From: Acidobacteriota bacterium
GTDB lineage: Bacteria > Acidobacteriota > Thermoanaerobaculia > Multivoradales > JBCCEF01
DNA length: 64,000 nucleotides
Reading direction: 5' to 3'
Assembly: GCA_039030395.1 (NCBI GenBank)
Contig: JBCCEF010000001.1
Coordinates: forward strand, 417,315-481,314
The notes under the pieces: model-generated
Databases searched by the model: none
The model's input: the letters and a program-made list of their open reading frames with translations, nothing else
Told to the model about the DNA's origin: nothing
Made by a program: the position numbers and the translations under genes
Part shown: piece by piece, positions 44,655-54,554 of the stretch
Numbering within the stretch: the first letter of the stretch is position 1
How the letters are laid out: the number at the start of each line of letters is the position of its first letter

Positions 44655-46070
44655 ATGCTTGTTCGCTCCTTCACCAAGGTGCGCCGGTCGGCCCTTACTG
44701 CCTTTGCCTTGTTGGTGGGGACCGTCAGCGCGGCCGCCGCCCAGAGCCCTCCCACCCTGCCGCCGGAGGACTGCGTGCGGATGCTGCGGGAGGCCCGCTT
44801 CGAGACGGATCCCGCAGGCGAGCTAGCCCACCTGCGGGCGGCGCGCGAAGCGTTTCCGGACGAGATAGCGGTACTCGCCGCCCTGCTGGGCTACCACCAG
44901 CGTCACGCCCTGCCGGCAGCCGAGCACGCCGCGCTGGTAAAGGCCCTCGGTCACCGGGTGGAGAACCGGGACCTCCCTCTGCCGGTAGCCATGCTCGCCC
45001 AGGTGGCTCAAGACCGCCAGGTCGCCAAAGGGACCGCCGAACTCCTCGCCGAGCGCCTGGCATCCCGGATCGCCCGAACCGACGCGGCGCCGGAACCCGA
45101 GGCCCTCGGTCTCCTCGCCCGCTACCAAGCCCGCCTGGACGACCTCGAAGGCACCTTCGAGTCGCTTTCGCAACAGTGGGAACTGACCGGCGATCCGAAG
45201 GTGCGCTGGCAGTTGGCGACCGCCGCCGAGCGCCTGGAGCGCTGGTCCGTCGTTCTCGACCTGCTCGCAGAGATTCCGGACCGCACCGTCGCCCTCGAAC
45301 GGCGGTATCTGAAGGCTCTCGGCAAAGCCGGCTCCGCCGACCGTTTCCTCGCCGCCATCGACGCCCTGAGCGACCCAGCACCGGCCTCGGAGCCGCCGGC
45401 CGACCAGGCGGCGGAGCAGCCGATCAACCTCGATGAACTCTTCGGAATCGAACGTAGCGTTCCCGCCATCCTTCAACAGGCCGCCTGGGATCTGTGGGAT
45501 CGCGGCCTGGAAGCGGAGTCCGAGAGGGTCTTTCGCCGGCTCCTCTCCCTGCGGCCGAAATCCGAGGTCGCCAACGCCGCCATCCTCCACCTGTTCGCCA
45601 GCGACCAAGAGATCGTCGCCCGCACAGAGGCGGCCGAGGATCGGTGGGCGAAGGTGACCGACGCGCAATCCCTCTTCGACGAAGGCACCCGGCGCATGAC
45701 GACCGGCGATGCCGCCGGCGCCGTCGACCTGCTGCGGCGGGCCGCTCCCGGCCTGCCGGACCTGGAAGCCGCCTGGTACAACCTGGGAATGGCGAGCTTT
45801 CGCCTGGAGCAATGGGATGAGGCGGCGGGAGCCTTCGGCCGCGCCGCCCAGCTCAATCCACGGCGCGCCGAAGCCCACTACTTCCTGGGCCTCGCCCTCC
45901 ATCGCCTGGCTCGCTGCGGCGAGGCGGTCACCTCGCTGGAAAACGCCATCGGCCTCGCCCCCTCGCGCACCACGGCGCACTACTACCTCGCCGAGTGCTA
46001 CGCCACCCTCGGCGACGCGGCGGCGGCCAAGGCCCACCGCGACGCCTACGAAGCCTCGAAGGAACCCTGA
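44655..46070 (+). CDS. Secreted TPR-repeat protein
   Basis: Signal peptide ending AAAA-Q; C-terminal TPRs (AWYNLGMA, AHYFLGLA, AHYYLAEC); start reassigned to ATG 44655. Confidence 0.8.
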   Translation: MLVRSFTKVRRSALTAFALLVGTVSAAAAQSPPTLPPEDCVRMLREARFETDPAGELAHLRAAREAFPDEIAVLAALLGYHQRHALPAAEHAALVKALGHRVENRDLPLPVAMLAQVAQDRQVAKGTAELLAERLASRIARTDAAPEPEALGLLARYQARLDDLEGTFESLSQQWELTGDPKVRWQLATAAERLERWSVVLDLLAEIPDRTVALERRYLKALGKAGSADRFLAAIDALSDPAPASEPPADQAAEQPINLDELFGIERSVPAILQQAAWDLWDRGLEAESERVFRRLLSLRPKSEVANAAILHLFASDQEIVARTEAAEDRWAKVTDAQSLFDEGTRRMTTGDAAGAVDLLRRAAPGLPDLEAAWYNLGMASFRLEQWDEAAGAFGRAAQLNPRRAEAHYFLGLALHRLARCGEAVTSLENAIGLAPSRTTAHYYLAECYATLGDAAAAKAHRDAYEASKEP

Positions 46071-47446
46071 TGAGCCGCAAACATCCCCTCGATCCCTCGA
46101 TCCTCGCCCGCAAGATGGCGATCATCCTGGCGCTCGGCCTCTCGGCCGGAGCCTTATGGAGCCCCGCTCCGATGGCGGCCCAGGACGCTCCGGGAGTGAA
46201 CCTCTCCCCGATGCTCATCGAGAGTTCGTCCCTCTACGCCCCGATGGAGGCATCCGGCACGGACATCCGCCCGGAGCTCAAGGTGCGGGTGCAGGTGAAT
46301 CCTCGCGGCAAGGTGTCCGAGGTGGAGATCTTGGGGATTCAGCCCACGACGGCCTACGACCACCTCTTCGTCGACCACACCCGCTCGCAGCTCTCCCGCT
46401 GGCGCTACGCTCCGGCGCTGGAGAACGGTGAACCCGTGGCAGCAACTCTCGAGTGGACCGTCTCCTACAAGAGCTTCGACGAAACCTCGCCGAGCCCGCC
46501 GCAGGTCCTGGGCGGAACCCACCTTTCGCCCTGGGCCACTTCCGAAGCGCAGTCGATCGCCGAGCTGGATCGCAGCGAACGCCTCGCCTTCCTGCGGCGC
46601 CACGCCGAGTACGCAGAAACCCTGCTCGATCCCCGTTACCGCTCGCGTTTCGATACTCCCCGGTTCACCGTGGTCACCGACGTGCCCGACGAGAAACTGG
46701 CCCGTCAGCTCGCCACCGAGATGGAATCGGTATTCAACGCCCTCGACGCCTTTGTCGGCGATCGCATTTCCCCGCGACCGCAGGACGGCAAGATCGCCGT
46801 CTTCGTGTTCGCCAACAAGGACCGCTCCAAGAAAGTTCGGCGGCAGCTACGGAGTGGGGATTCCATCGGCGGTACCTACTCCAAGTCGGGCCTGATGGTG
46901 CTGGACACGGACGTGCTGGATCCGGACTTCTTCCAGCGCATCTTGCTCTTCCAAACCACCCGCGCTTACCTCGACCGTCACCTCGAACGGCGAGGGGTTG
47001 TTCTGCCGGCGTGGATCGAACAGGGCTTCACCTGGTACATCAGTAACGCCCGGATCAAAGAGGGAGCGATCGTGCCGGGCAAGATCCAACCGAGCCGCTG
47101 GGCCCTGAGCCCCTTCGGCGGAGCCTACCGGGCACGGTCGCTGGCGGAGAGCGATCTGGATCGGGTGAAAGGGGCCGTGCGCGACGGCAGGGGGATCTCG
47201 CCCGCGGACCTACTGGACATCGACTCCCAGACCAACGCCGAGCGGCCGCGCCTCTACTTTCCCACCGCCTGGCTGTTCAGCCACTACCTGTGCCACGGCG
47301 AGAAAGACTGGTTCCACAAGGAGTTCCCGCGCTTCCTGCTCTACGCCGTTGAAGGCTACCCGGCGGACGTCGCCTTCGAGCAGGTCTACGGCCGGACTCC
47401 GGATCAGGTCGCCGAAGAGTTCGAGCGGTACGTGAAGCGGCTCTGA
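46070..47446 (+). CDS. TonB C-terminal domain fused to a DUF1570/zincin-like domain with degenerate metal site
   Basis: VRVQVNPRGKV...WRYAPALENGEPV (TonB_C); LPAWIEQG and YFPTAWLFSHYL resemble DUF1570-type domains; no HExxH. Confidence 0.55.
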   Translation: MSRKHPLDPSILARKMAIILALGLSAGALWSPAPMAAQDAPGVNLSPMLIESSSLYAPMEASGTDIRPELKVRVQVNPRGKVSEVEILGIQPTTAYDHLFVDHTRSQLSRWRYAPALENGEPVAATLEWTVSYKSFDETSPSPPQVLGGTHLSPWATSEAQSIAELDRSERLAFLRRHAEYAETLLDPRYRSRFDTPRFTVVTDVPDEKLARQLATEMESVFNALDAFVGDRISPRPQDGKIAVFVFANKDRSKKVRRQLRSGDSIGGTYSKSGLMVLDTDVLDPDFFQRILLFQTTRAYLDRHLERRGVVLPAWIEQGFTWYISNARIKEGAIVPGKIQPSRWALSPFGGAYRARSLAESDLDRVKGAVRDGRGISPADLLDIDSQTNAERPRLYFPTAWLFSHYLCHGEKDWFHKEFPRFLLYAVEGYPADVAFEQVYGRTPDQVAEEFERYVKRL

Positions 47447-47452
47447 CGCCCC

Positions 47453-49459
47453 CTACGCCAGCACCGGCTCCTCCACCCGCGCGAACATCCCCGGAGTGTA
47501 GGCGGTGATCTTGCCGGTGAAAGCCGAGGCGGCGACGGTGAGGGGCGAGGCCAGGTACAGGCGGCCCGGGCCGGAGCGGCCCTTGTAGTTGCGGTTGATG
47601 GCGGAGACGGTCACCTGGTCGGGATTCTCGGAAACGCCGGGACCGCAGCCGATGCAGGCGCCGCAGCCGGGACGGATGAGAGTGACGCCGGCGCTCTCGA
47701 AGGTTTCGATCATCCCGCGCTCCCGACAGTGCCGCTCCACCGCTTCCGAACCGAACTGGATCAGGAAGCGCACCCCCTCGTGCACCCGGAGGCCGGCTTC
47801 GGACGCCTCTTCCGCCACCAGGTGGTAGAACTCCAGGTCGTCGATCTTGCCGGCGGTGCAGCTTCCGCCGTAGGCGATCTCGACGGCCACCTCCCCCATC
47901 TCCTCGATGAAGGCGCCGTTGGTGGGGTCCGACGGAATGCCCTGGTCTGGGTCCCCCGGATGGGCCACCATCGGCCGCATCGCCGACAGGTCCAGGGTGT
48001 GCACGCCGCCGGCGTACTCCGCCCCCGGATCCGGCGCCACGGTGCGGGCGCGTAGGCGCTCGATATCCACCTCCGGCCGCCACTCGGCAAGCCAGCGGAA
48101 GGTCTCCTCATCCGCCAGGCAGATGGCCGTGCGGGCGGCGCACTCCGTCGCCATGTTGGTCAAGGTGGCGCGCTCGTCCATCGACAGTTTGGACAATCCA
48201 GGACCGGTGAACTCCATCACCCGGTTCAGGGTTTTTTGGGGTTTGGCGTATTCGAGCAGGATGTAGAGCATCAGGTCCTTCGCCGTCACTCCCTCGGGCA
48301 GTTCACCCAACAGCTCGAAGCGGATCGACTCGGGTACCTCCACCTGGGTGAAGCCGGCGTAGATCAGGTTGGCGTACTCGGTGGCGCCCACTCCCCAGGT
48401 CAGCGCATTGTTCACCCCACCCATGCAGGTGTGGCTGTCCGTCGCCTGGATGAAATCGCCGGGCTCGATCAGCTCTTCCCGCGCCACCTCGTGGCAGATG
48501 CCCGGCGACACGTTGTCCGTGGCCGAGAAGTCCTGCGTCTCGGTGTGGCGCTGGAAATCCCGCTGGAGGTCCCGCAGGGTCTGGATCTTGCCGACGAAGG
48601 GACGCATTTTGGGCACGTCGTCGGCGTAGATCAGGTGGTCCTCGAACACCGCGAACTTGGCGGGATTCTTCACCCGGTAGTCGTCGCCGTATTCCTGCTC
48701 CAGGAAATAGTGCACCTGAGCCGTGGTGAACTCGTGGGAGTAGCCGCCGTCCACCTCCACCACCACCGCGTCGCCGGGCTTGACATAGCGCTGGCCCTCC
48801 TCGGCGCCTACCAGATGGCGGGCGAGGACCTTCTCGGCCATGGTCATCGGCCGCGGCCCGGTCGCTAGTTCCGGCAGATCGATCTCGCCCTTCGACAGCG
48901 CCTTCGAGAAGGAAAACAGGCCCCCCGAGCGCACCACACGCTGGGTGATCGGGTCATAGTCCCGATAGAACTCCTCCAGCGCAATGCCCTCGCCGCGCTG
49001 CAAGCGCGACAGCATCGAGTGGTCGCCCATCAGCACGCCCTGGTTGATGTTGTTGCGGGCGTGGATGGGGGCGAAAGAGGCGGCGATGGCGAGGCGAATG
49101 CCGCACCACTTCTCCGCCTGCACCGCCGTCTCCCGGGAGCTGCCCACGCCCTTGCGCAGGCCGGAGACGATCACCTCAAAATTGCCGTCCCGCAGCGAAT
49201 CGCGCTCGAACAGCCGCTCGCCGTCCACGATCAGGCCGGCATAGGCATCCCGCGCAATGTCCTCGGGCTTGTGCGAAAAGCACACCCAGGCGGGGGTCAT
49301 GGCATCCGTATTGATGTCGTCCAGCAAGTCGTCAACAGACAGAGAGTCCATCTGAAGATCCAGCTCCCCGGCAAGCTGCCGCCGGATGAGGTCCGGATCC
49401 TTGGTCAAAAACAAAACCCGCTTTCCGGGCGTCAAATGCAAAATCTCGGGAGGCTTCAT
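47453..49459 (-). CDS. Aconitase-family enzyme: fused LeuD-like (swivel) and LeuC-like ([4Fe-4S]) domains
   Basis: N-terminal DDINTD and GVGSSRE; C-terminal EDH, GICH, TDSHT, ERATLTNM, GGSCT, GCGACIG, NRNYKGR, YLASP. Confidence 0.85.
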   Translation of the reverse strand: MKPPEILHLTPGKRVLFLTKDPDLIRRQLAGELDLQMDSLSVDDLLDDINTDAMTPAWVCFSHKPEDIARDAYAGLIVDGERLFERDSLRDGNFEVIVSGLRKGVGSSRETAVQAEKWCGIRLAIAASFAPIHARNNINQGVLMGDHSMLSRLQRGEGIALEEFYRDYDPITQRVVRSGGLFSFSKALSKGEIDLPELATGPRPMTMAEKVLARHLVGAEEGQRYVKPGDAVVVEVDGGYSHEFTTAQVHYFLEQEYGDDYRVKNPAKFAVFEDHLIYADDVPKMRPFVGKIQTLRDLQRDFQRHTETQDFSATDNVSPGICHEVAREELIEPGDFIQATDSHTCMGGVNNALTWGVGATEYANLIYAGFTQVEVPESIRFELLGELPEGVTAKDLMLYILLEYAKPQKTLNRVMEFTGPGLSKLSMDERATLTNMATECAARTAICLADEETFRWLAEWRPEVDIERLRARTVAPDPGAEYAGGVHTLDLSAMRPMVAHPGDPDQGIPSDPTNGAFIEEMGEVAVEIAYGGSCTAGKIDDLEFYHLVAEEASEAGLRVHEGVRFLIQFGSEAVERHCRERGMIETFESAGVTLIRPGCGACIGCGPGVSENPDQVTVSAINRNYKGRSGPGRLYLASPLTVAASAFTGKITAYTPGMFARVEEPVLA

Positions 49460-49646
49460 GGCCGCTCCGATCGGAAAAATCGATGAGGTAAGAGGCCCGA
49501 CGGGAAAGGCCGGGAATGACATACCCGTGACATTCTAGCATCGGGAACTCTTGCATCGGCCGATGCGAAACCGGAACCGCGACTCACCCTGCGGTACAGT
49601 CCGCCACGGTCAGCCCCTCCACTCCCGAGCGACCCGAGACCGACCC

Positions 49647-52232
49647 GTGACCGCTTCCTCCACCCTCGCCGACCACCTTCCCGCCGACCGGCTCACCGAT
49701 CCGGACGAGATCCTCGTCCGTTTTCTGGACTGGGTCGGCGCCGTGGGGTTTGAGCTGTACGAGGCGCAGGAGGAAGCGATTCTGGAGTTGGTGGCCGGGC
49801 GGCACGTGATCCTGAACACCCCCACCGGTTCGGGCAAGTCGCTGGTGGCCCAGGCGCTTCACTTCAAGGCGGTGTGCGAGGGGCGAACATCGTTCTACAC
49901 CAGCCCGATCAAGGCGCTGGCGTCGGAGAAGTTCTTTTCTCTGTGCGACGACTTCGGAGCGGACCGGGTGGGGATGCTCACCGGCGACGCCTCGATCAAT
50001 CCGGAGGCGCCGATCCTGTGCTGCACCGCCGAGGTGCTGTCGAACATGGCGCTGCGGCGCGGCGAGGAGACGGACGCGCCCTATGTGGTGATGGACGAGT
50101 TCCACTACTACTCGGATCCGGAGCGCGGGGTGGCCTGGCAGGTGCCACTGATCACCTTGCCGCACACCACCTTCCTGCTGATGTCCGCCACCCTCGGCAA
50201 CACGGCGCCGATCGCCGAGCGGCTGGAGGAGACCACCGGTCGCAAGGCTTCGCATGTGAGTTCCGACGAGCGACCGGTGCCGCTCGACTTCGACTACCGG
50301 GACACACCGCTGACCGAGACGGTGCAGGAGCTTCTCGATGCCGGCAAGGCGCCGATCTACATCGTCAACTTCACCCAGCGCGAGTGCGCCGAGCTGGCCC
50401 AGAGCTTGACGTCTTTGAAGCCCGCCGCCCGGGAGGAGCGCGACATGGTGTGGGAGGCCTTGGGCGATTTCCGCTTCGACACGCCCTACGGCAAAGAGCT
50501 GAAGCGCTTTCTCGGCTTCGGAGTCGGCGTGCACCACGCCGGGCTGCTGCCCAAGTACCGGCTGACGGTGGAGCAGCTCGCCCAGCAGAGTCTCCTCAAA
50601 GTGATTTGCGGCACGGACACCCTCGGCGTGGGGGTGAACGTTCCCATCCGCACGGTGCTCTTTACCAAGCTGGCGAAGTACGACGGCCAGAAGGTGGGCA
50701 TTCTCTCGGTGCGCGACTTCCAGCAGATCGCCGGCCGCGCCGGCCGCCGCGGCTTCGACGAGCGCGGCAGCGTGGTGGCTCAGGCACCAGAACACATCAT
50801 CGAGAAAGCGCGCATCGAGCGCAGCGACGCCAGCGCCAAGGCCAAGCGCAAGAAGTTGGCGAAGAAGAAAGGTCCCGGCAAGGGCGACGTGTCCTGGACG
50901 AAGGAGACCTTCGAAAGCCTGATGAACCGGCCGCCGGAGATGCTCCAGTCGCGCTTCCGCATCACCCACGGCATGGTGCTGGATCTGGTGCAGCGGGACG
51001 CCGCCCTCGACGACCCGGAGCGCGGCAACTTCACCTCCATCCGCGAGCTGGTCGCCGCCAGCCACGAAGACGACGGCTCGAAGCGCCAACACCTGCGAGA
51101 CGCCGCCGAGCGCATCCGCTCCCTGGGACGGGCCGGCGTCCTCACGATGCAGCGCGACACGGACACCGACTACCTGTGGGCGGTGGTGGACGAGGAGCTC
51201 CAGGAGAATTTCTCCCTCCACCAGGTACTCTCCCTGTATCTAGTGGAAGCCCTCGGCACGCTGGATCCCGAAGAGCCCGAGTACCCGGTGCTGGTGTTGA
51301 CCTTCGTCGAAGCGATTCTGGAAGATCCCCGGGCGGTGCTCTACAAGCTCCAGGACAGGGCGCGCGAAGAGGCCGTGATGCGCATGAAGGCGGAGGGCGT
51401 CGACTACGACGAGCGCATGGAACGGCTGGAGGAGATCACCCACCCGAAGCCCGACGCCGAGCGCATCTACCAGACCTTCAACGCCTTCCGCGAGATCCAT
51501 CCCTGGGTGCGCGGCGAGGCGATCAAGCCGAAGGCCGTCGGGCGGGAGATGTTCGAGCAGTACATGTCCTTCGCGGACTTCGTGCGCCGCTACGGCCTGG
51601 CCCGCAGCGAAGGCGTGCTGCTGCGCTACCTGTCGCAGCTCTACAAGACCCTCGCCCAGAGCGTGCCGGAAAAGTACAAGACCGAAGGGGTGCTCGACGT
51701 GCAAAGTTTCTTCCGCACCATGATCGAGCGGGTGGACACCAGCCTGATCGAGGAGTGGGAAAGCCTGATGCACCCGGAGCTGGTGTACGACGCCACCGGT
51801 GAGCACGCCGAAGAGCGCGTCAAGGCAAAGGAAGAACTCCGCCTCTACGAGCTGTTCCACGATCCCAAGGCCTTCACCGCGCGGGTGCGCGCCGAGCTGC
51901 ACCACCTGGTGCGCGCCCTGTCGCAGGAGGATTGGGAAGCCGCCGCCGGCTGCGTGAAGAGTGCCGACCCGGAAGAACCCTGGACCGCCGAGCGCTTCGA
52001 AGAGACCCTCGCCTTCTTCCTGGCGGACTACGAAGAGATCCTCTTCACGCCGGACGCCCGCCAGGCCCACTGGACCCGTATCGAAGCCGAAGGCCCGCGC
52101 CGGTGGAAGGTGGAACACACCCTGATCGATCCCGAAGGCGACAACTTCTGGCACCTCGCCGGCGAGGTCGATCTGCGCGATGAAGAGAGCCTCGACGGGC
52201 CGCTGATCCGGCTGGTGCGTATCGGGGAGTGA
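49647..52232 (+). CDS. SF2 DEAD/DEAH-box helicase with DUF3516-like C-terminus (Ski2/HelY-like)
   Basis: TPTGSGKS, SPIKAL, MDEFHYY, MSAT, HHAG, TDTLGVGVN, QIAGRAGRRG, RSEGVLLRYLS; GTG start at 49647. Confidence 0.92.
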   Translation: MTASSTLADHLPADRLTDPDEILVRFLDWVGAVGFELYEAQEEAILELVAGRHVILNTPTGSGKSLVAQALHFKAVCEGRTSFYTSPIKALASEKFFSLCDDFGADRVGMLTGDASINPEAPILCCTAEVLSNMALRRGEETDAPYVVMDEFHYYSDPERGVAWQVPLITLPHTTFLLMSATLGNTAPIAERLEETTGRKASHVSSDERPVPLDFDYRDTPLTETVQELLDAGKAPIYIVNFTQRECAELAQSLTSLKPAAREERDMVWEALGDFRFDTPYGKELKRFLGFGVGVHHAGLLPKYRLTVEQLAQQSLLKVICGTDTLGVGVNVPIRTVLFTKLAKYDGQKVGILSVRDFQQIAGRAGRRGFDERGSVVAQAPEHIIEKARIERSDASAKAKRKKLAKKKGPGKGDVSWTKETFESLMNRPPEMLQSRFRITHGMVLDLVQRDAALDDPERGNFTSIRELVAASHEDDGSKRQHLRDAAERIRSLGRAGVLTMQRDTDTDYLWAVVDEELQENFSLHQVLSLYLVEALGTLDPEEPEYPVLVLTFVEAILEDPRAVLYKLQDRAREEAVMRMKAEGVDYDERMERLEEITHPKPDAERIYQTFNAFREIHPWVRGEAIKPKAVGREMFEQYMSFADFVRRYGLARSEGVLLRYLSQLYKTLAQSVPEKYKTEGVLDVQSFFRTMIERVDTSLIEEWESLMHPELVYDATGEHAEERVKAKEELRLYELFHDPKAFTARVRAELHHLVRALSQEDWEAAAGCVKSADPEEPWTAERFEETLAFFLADYEEILFTPDARQAHWTRIEAEGPRRWKVEHTLIDPEGDNFWHLAGEVDLRDEESLDGPLIRLVRIGE

Positions 52233-52380
52233 TCCGCCGTCTCACTTTGTGCCATCTGCTACATTCCATTCGGATTAACTTGGTTTCTATCTAGCCAACG
52301 GCGGAACCCCTGGGCTCCCAATAGAACCCGTTTTCGTCAGATCGTGAAAGCCGCCCAGGAGAGGGGAGGAAAGGAGCACC

Positions 52381-53124
52381 ATGGCTCCCGAGGAATCGTA
52401 TGTTCCCGGCACCGAACATCCAGTAGAGGTGGCAGAGGCACCACCGGCGGAATCCATTGACGACATCGCGCGCCAGAGGGGTCATCGGCTAACGGGCCTA
52501 CTGATCGCCAACCTAGTCGTCGGCTCGCTAGGAGTCCTGACGGGCCTGGTTCAATGGGTCCTGGTTGCGGGCATCCGGGAGGGAAGGGACTTCTCCAATC
52601 ATCTCCTCACCGTCTCCGACTGGACGTCTATCGGCATCGACCTGATCCAAGGCGTTCTCTTTCTGGTCACCGCAATCTTCTGGCTGCGATGGCTCCATGC
52701 CTCGTACAAAGCGCTGGAGCGAAGACAAGGCGAAGCGTTGAGATTCACGCCGGGATGGGCTGTCGGTTATTGGTTCATCCCGCTGGTCAACCTCCTGCGA
52801 CCGTACCAGGTCATGGAGGAACTGCGAGCCCAAAGCCAGTCGATCACCGACGAACCCTTCGCCAAAGCCCAGGCTTCCACTATCGGATTCTGGTGGGTTC
52901 TGTGGGTGGCTAGTCACTTCGTCAACCGAACGGATACTCGACTCGCCCTCCGTGCGGAGACCTTTGAGCAGATCACCTTTTCGACCGTCTTCAGCATCGG
53001 TGCCGACGCCCTGATGCTCGGACTGACCGCCATCGCACTCATGGTGATTCGGCATCTGGTCGCACTCCAGCTCCAATGGCAGCCGTTCGAAGAGGACATC
53101 GCGCTCGAGGTCGACAACGATTGA
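52381..53124 (+). CDS. DUF4328-like membrane protein
   Basis: FWLRWL, TPGWAVGYWFIPLVNL.RPY, WW.LW. Confidence 0.8.
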   Translation: MAPEESYVPGTEHPVEVAEAPPAESIDDIARQRGHRLTGLLIANLVVGSLGVLTGLVQWVLVAGIREGRDFSNHLLTVSDWTSIGIDLIQGVLFLVTAIFWLRWLHASYKALERRQGEALRFTPGWAVGYWFIPLVNLLRPYQVMEELRAQSQSITDEPFAKAQASTIGFWWVLWVASHFVNRTDTRLALRAETFEQITFSTVFSIGADALMLGLTAIALMVIRHLVALQLQWQPFEEDIALEVDND

Positions 53125-53199
53125 CGAGCCAACACTAGGTCGAACAGAAAACCCAGACGTTCGTCTTCTTCCTCAGGGCCGGCCCGCTAGAATCCCGGC

Positions 53200-54483
53200 A
53201 TGCGCAATTCATACCGGATTCTCGCCTTTGTCCTCGTCTTCATCGCTGGAGTCCCGGCTTTGGCCGGTACCGAGGGCATCCCCCTCCTCGTCACCGTCGA
53301 CGATCTGCCGATGTCCGGCAGCCTCCATCGAGATCCCGAGGAGCGTCTGCGCCTCACCCGGGAGATGCTCGCCGCCCTCGAACGGCACGCCGTTCCGGCC
53401 GTCGGCTTTGTCAACTGGGGCCGCCTGCAGGAGGGGGACGAGGCGGTGCTCGCGGCCTGGCTCGAGGCCGGTCATGAGCTGGGCAATCACACCGCCAACC
53501 ATCCGAGCCTGCACCGGTTGACGGCGGCAGAATTCATCGCCGACGCCGAGGCCGGTCGCGCGGGGCTGGCGGAGTTTCTGCGTCAGCGCGATCCCGCATC
53601 GACGGTGCGCTTTTTTCGTTTTCCCTACCTGCGCGAAGGTGACAGCCAAGCGAAACTCGACGCCGTGCGGGCCTACCTGGACGAATCCGGCCAACGTAAT
53701 GTGCCGGTGACCCTGGACAACCAGGACTGGAGTCTCGCCCTTCCTTGGCTGGAGGCCGGCGACGACGAGACCGCGCAGGGCCGTATCGCCGAGTCGTACC
53801 ACGAGTCGATGCACGTCTCGATTCGCTCCCAATGGAAACTCTCCGAGCGCCTCTTCGACCGCCCGGTGCCCCAGGTATTGCTGCTCCACGCCATGGCGGT
53901 GAGCGGCGCGCAGTGGGATCGGTTGTTCGAGTGGCTCAAGGAGAAGGGCTACCGCTTTGCCGCAGCGGACGAGGTGCTGGCCGATCCGGTGTTCGCCGAA
54001 GCGCCGGGCTACGTTGGATCCCACGGACCGGGCCTTTGGCACCGGGAGCAGCACGAGCGCCGCAAGGCCGAGGCGGTGGCCGAAATCAAGACCTTCCTCC
54101 TCGAACAGGCCGAGGCCTGGAATCGCGGCGACCTGGTGACCTTCGCCGACTCCTACGCCGAAGATGCGCTCTTCGTCTCGCCCACCGGCCTCACCCGCGG
54201 CCGGGCGGAGGTGCTGGCGCGCTATCAGCGGCGCTACCCGGACGGCAAGGCGATGGGGCACCTCACCTTCGAGTTCCTCTCCGTTGAGCCGGTCACCGGC
54301 ACAGAGGTCTCCCTCCTCGGCGACGCCGTGCCGAGCGCCGTCCACGGCGCCACGGTGGTGGCCCGTTGGATGCTCGGCTACCCGGACGAGTACGAACGGG
54401 AAGACGCCTCGGGACTGACCCTGATCGTGCTGCGGCGGAAGACCGGTGGAGGATGGGAGGTCACCGAGGACGCCTCGATGTAG
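53200..54483 (+). CDS. Polysaccharide deacetylase fused to a C-terminal NTF2-like (DUF4440/SnoaL) domain
   Basis: TVDDLP, HELGNHTANH, FRFPYL, LLLH; C-terminal AWNRGDL..F...Y; signal peptide. Confidence 0.85.
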   Translation: MRNSYRILAFVLVFIAGVPALAGTEGIPLLVTVDDLPMSGSLHRDPEERLRLTREMLAALERHAVPAVGFVNWGRLQEGDEAVLAAWLEAGHELGNHTANHPSLHRLTAAEFIADAEAGRAGLAEFLRQRDPASTVRFFRFPYLREGDSQAKLDAVRAYLDESGQRNVPVTLDNQDWSLALPWLEAGDDETAQGRIAESYHESMHVSIRSQWKLSERLFDRPVPQVLLLHAMAVSGAQWDRLFEWLKEKGYRFAAADEVLADPVFAEAPGYVGSHGPGLWHREQHERRKAEAVAEIKTFLLEQAEAWNRGDLVTFADSYAEDALFVSPTGLTRGRAEVLARYQRRYPDGKAMGHLTFEFLSVEPVTGTEVSLLGDAVPSAVHGATVVARWMLGYPDEYEREDASGLTLIVLRRKTGGGWEVTEDASM

Positions 54484-54554
54484 ACCAGACTTGTGACAGC
54501 TTCGAAATACCGGTTGGAACCGGCGGCGGGTTCGTGCGAGCATAGGAATCGACC

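Noticed and set aside
49584-51802. Long alternative-frame ORFs (545 aa minus, 642 aa plus) within the helicase
   Set aside because: The plus-strand ORF is an Arg/Gly/Ala/Pro-rich off-frame translation and the minus-strand ORF is an antisense shadow; neither has motifs.
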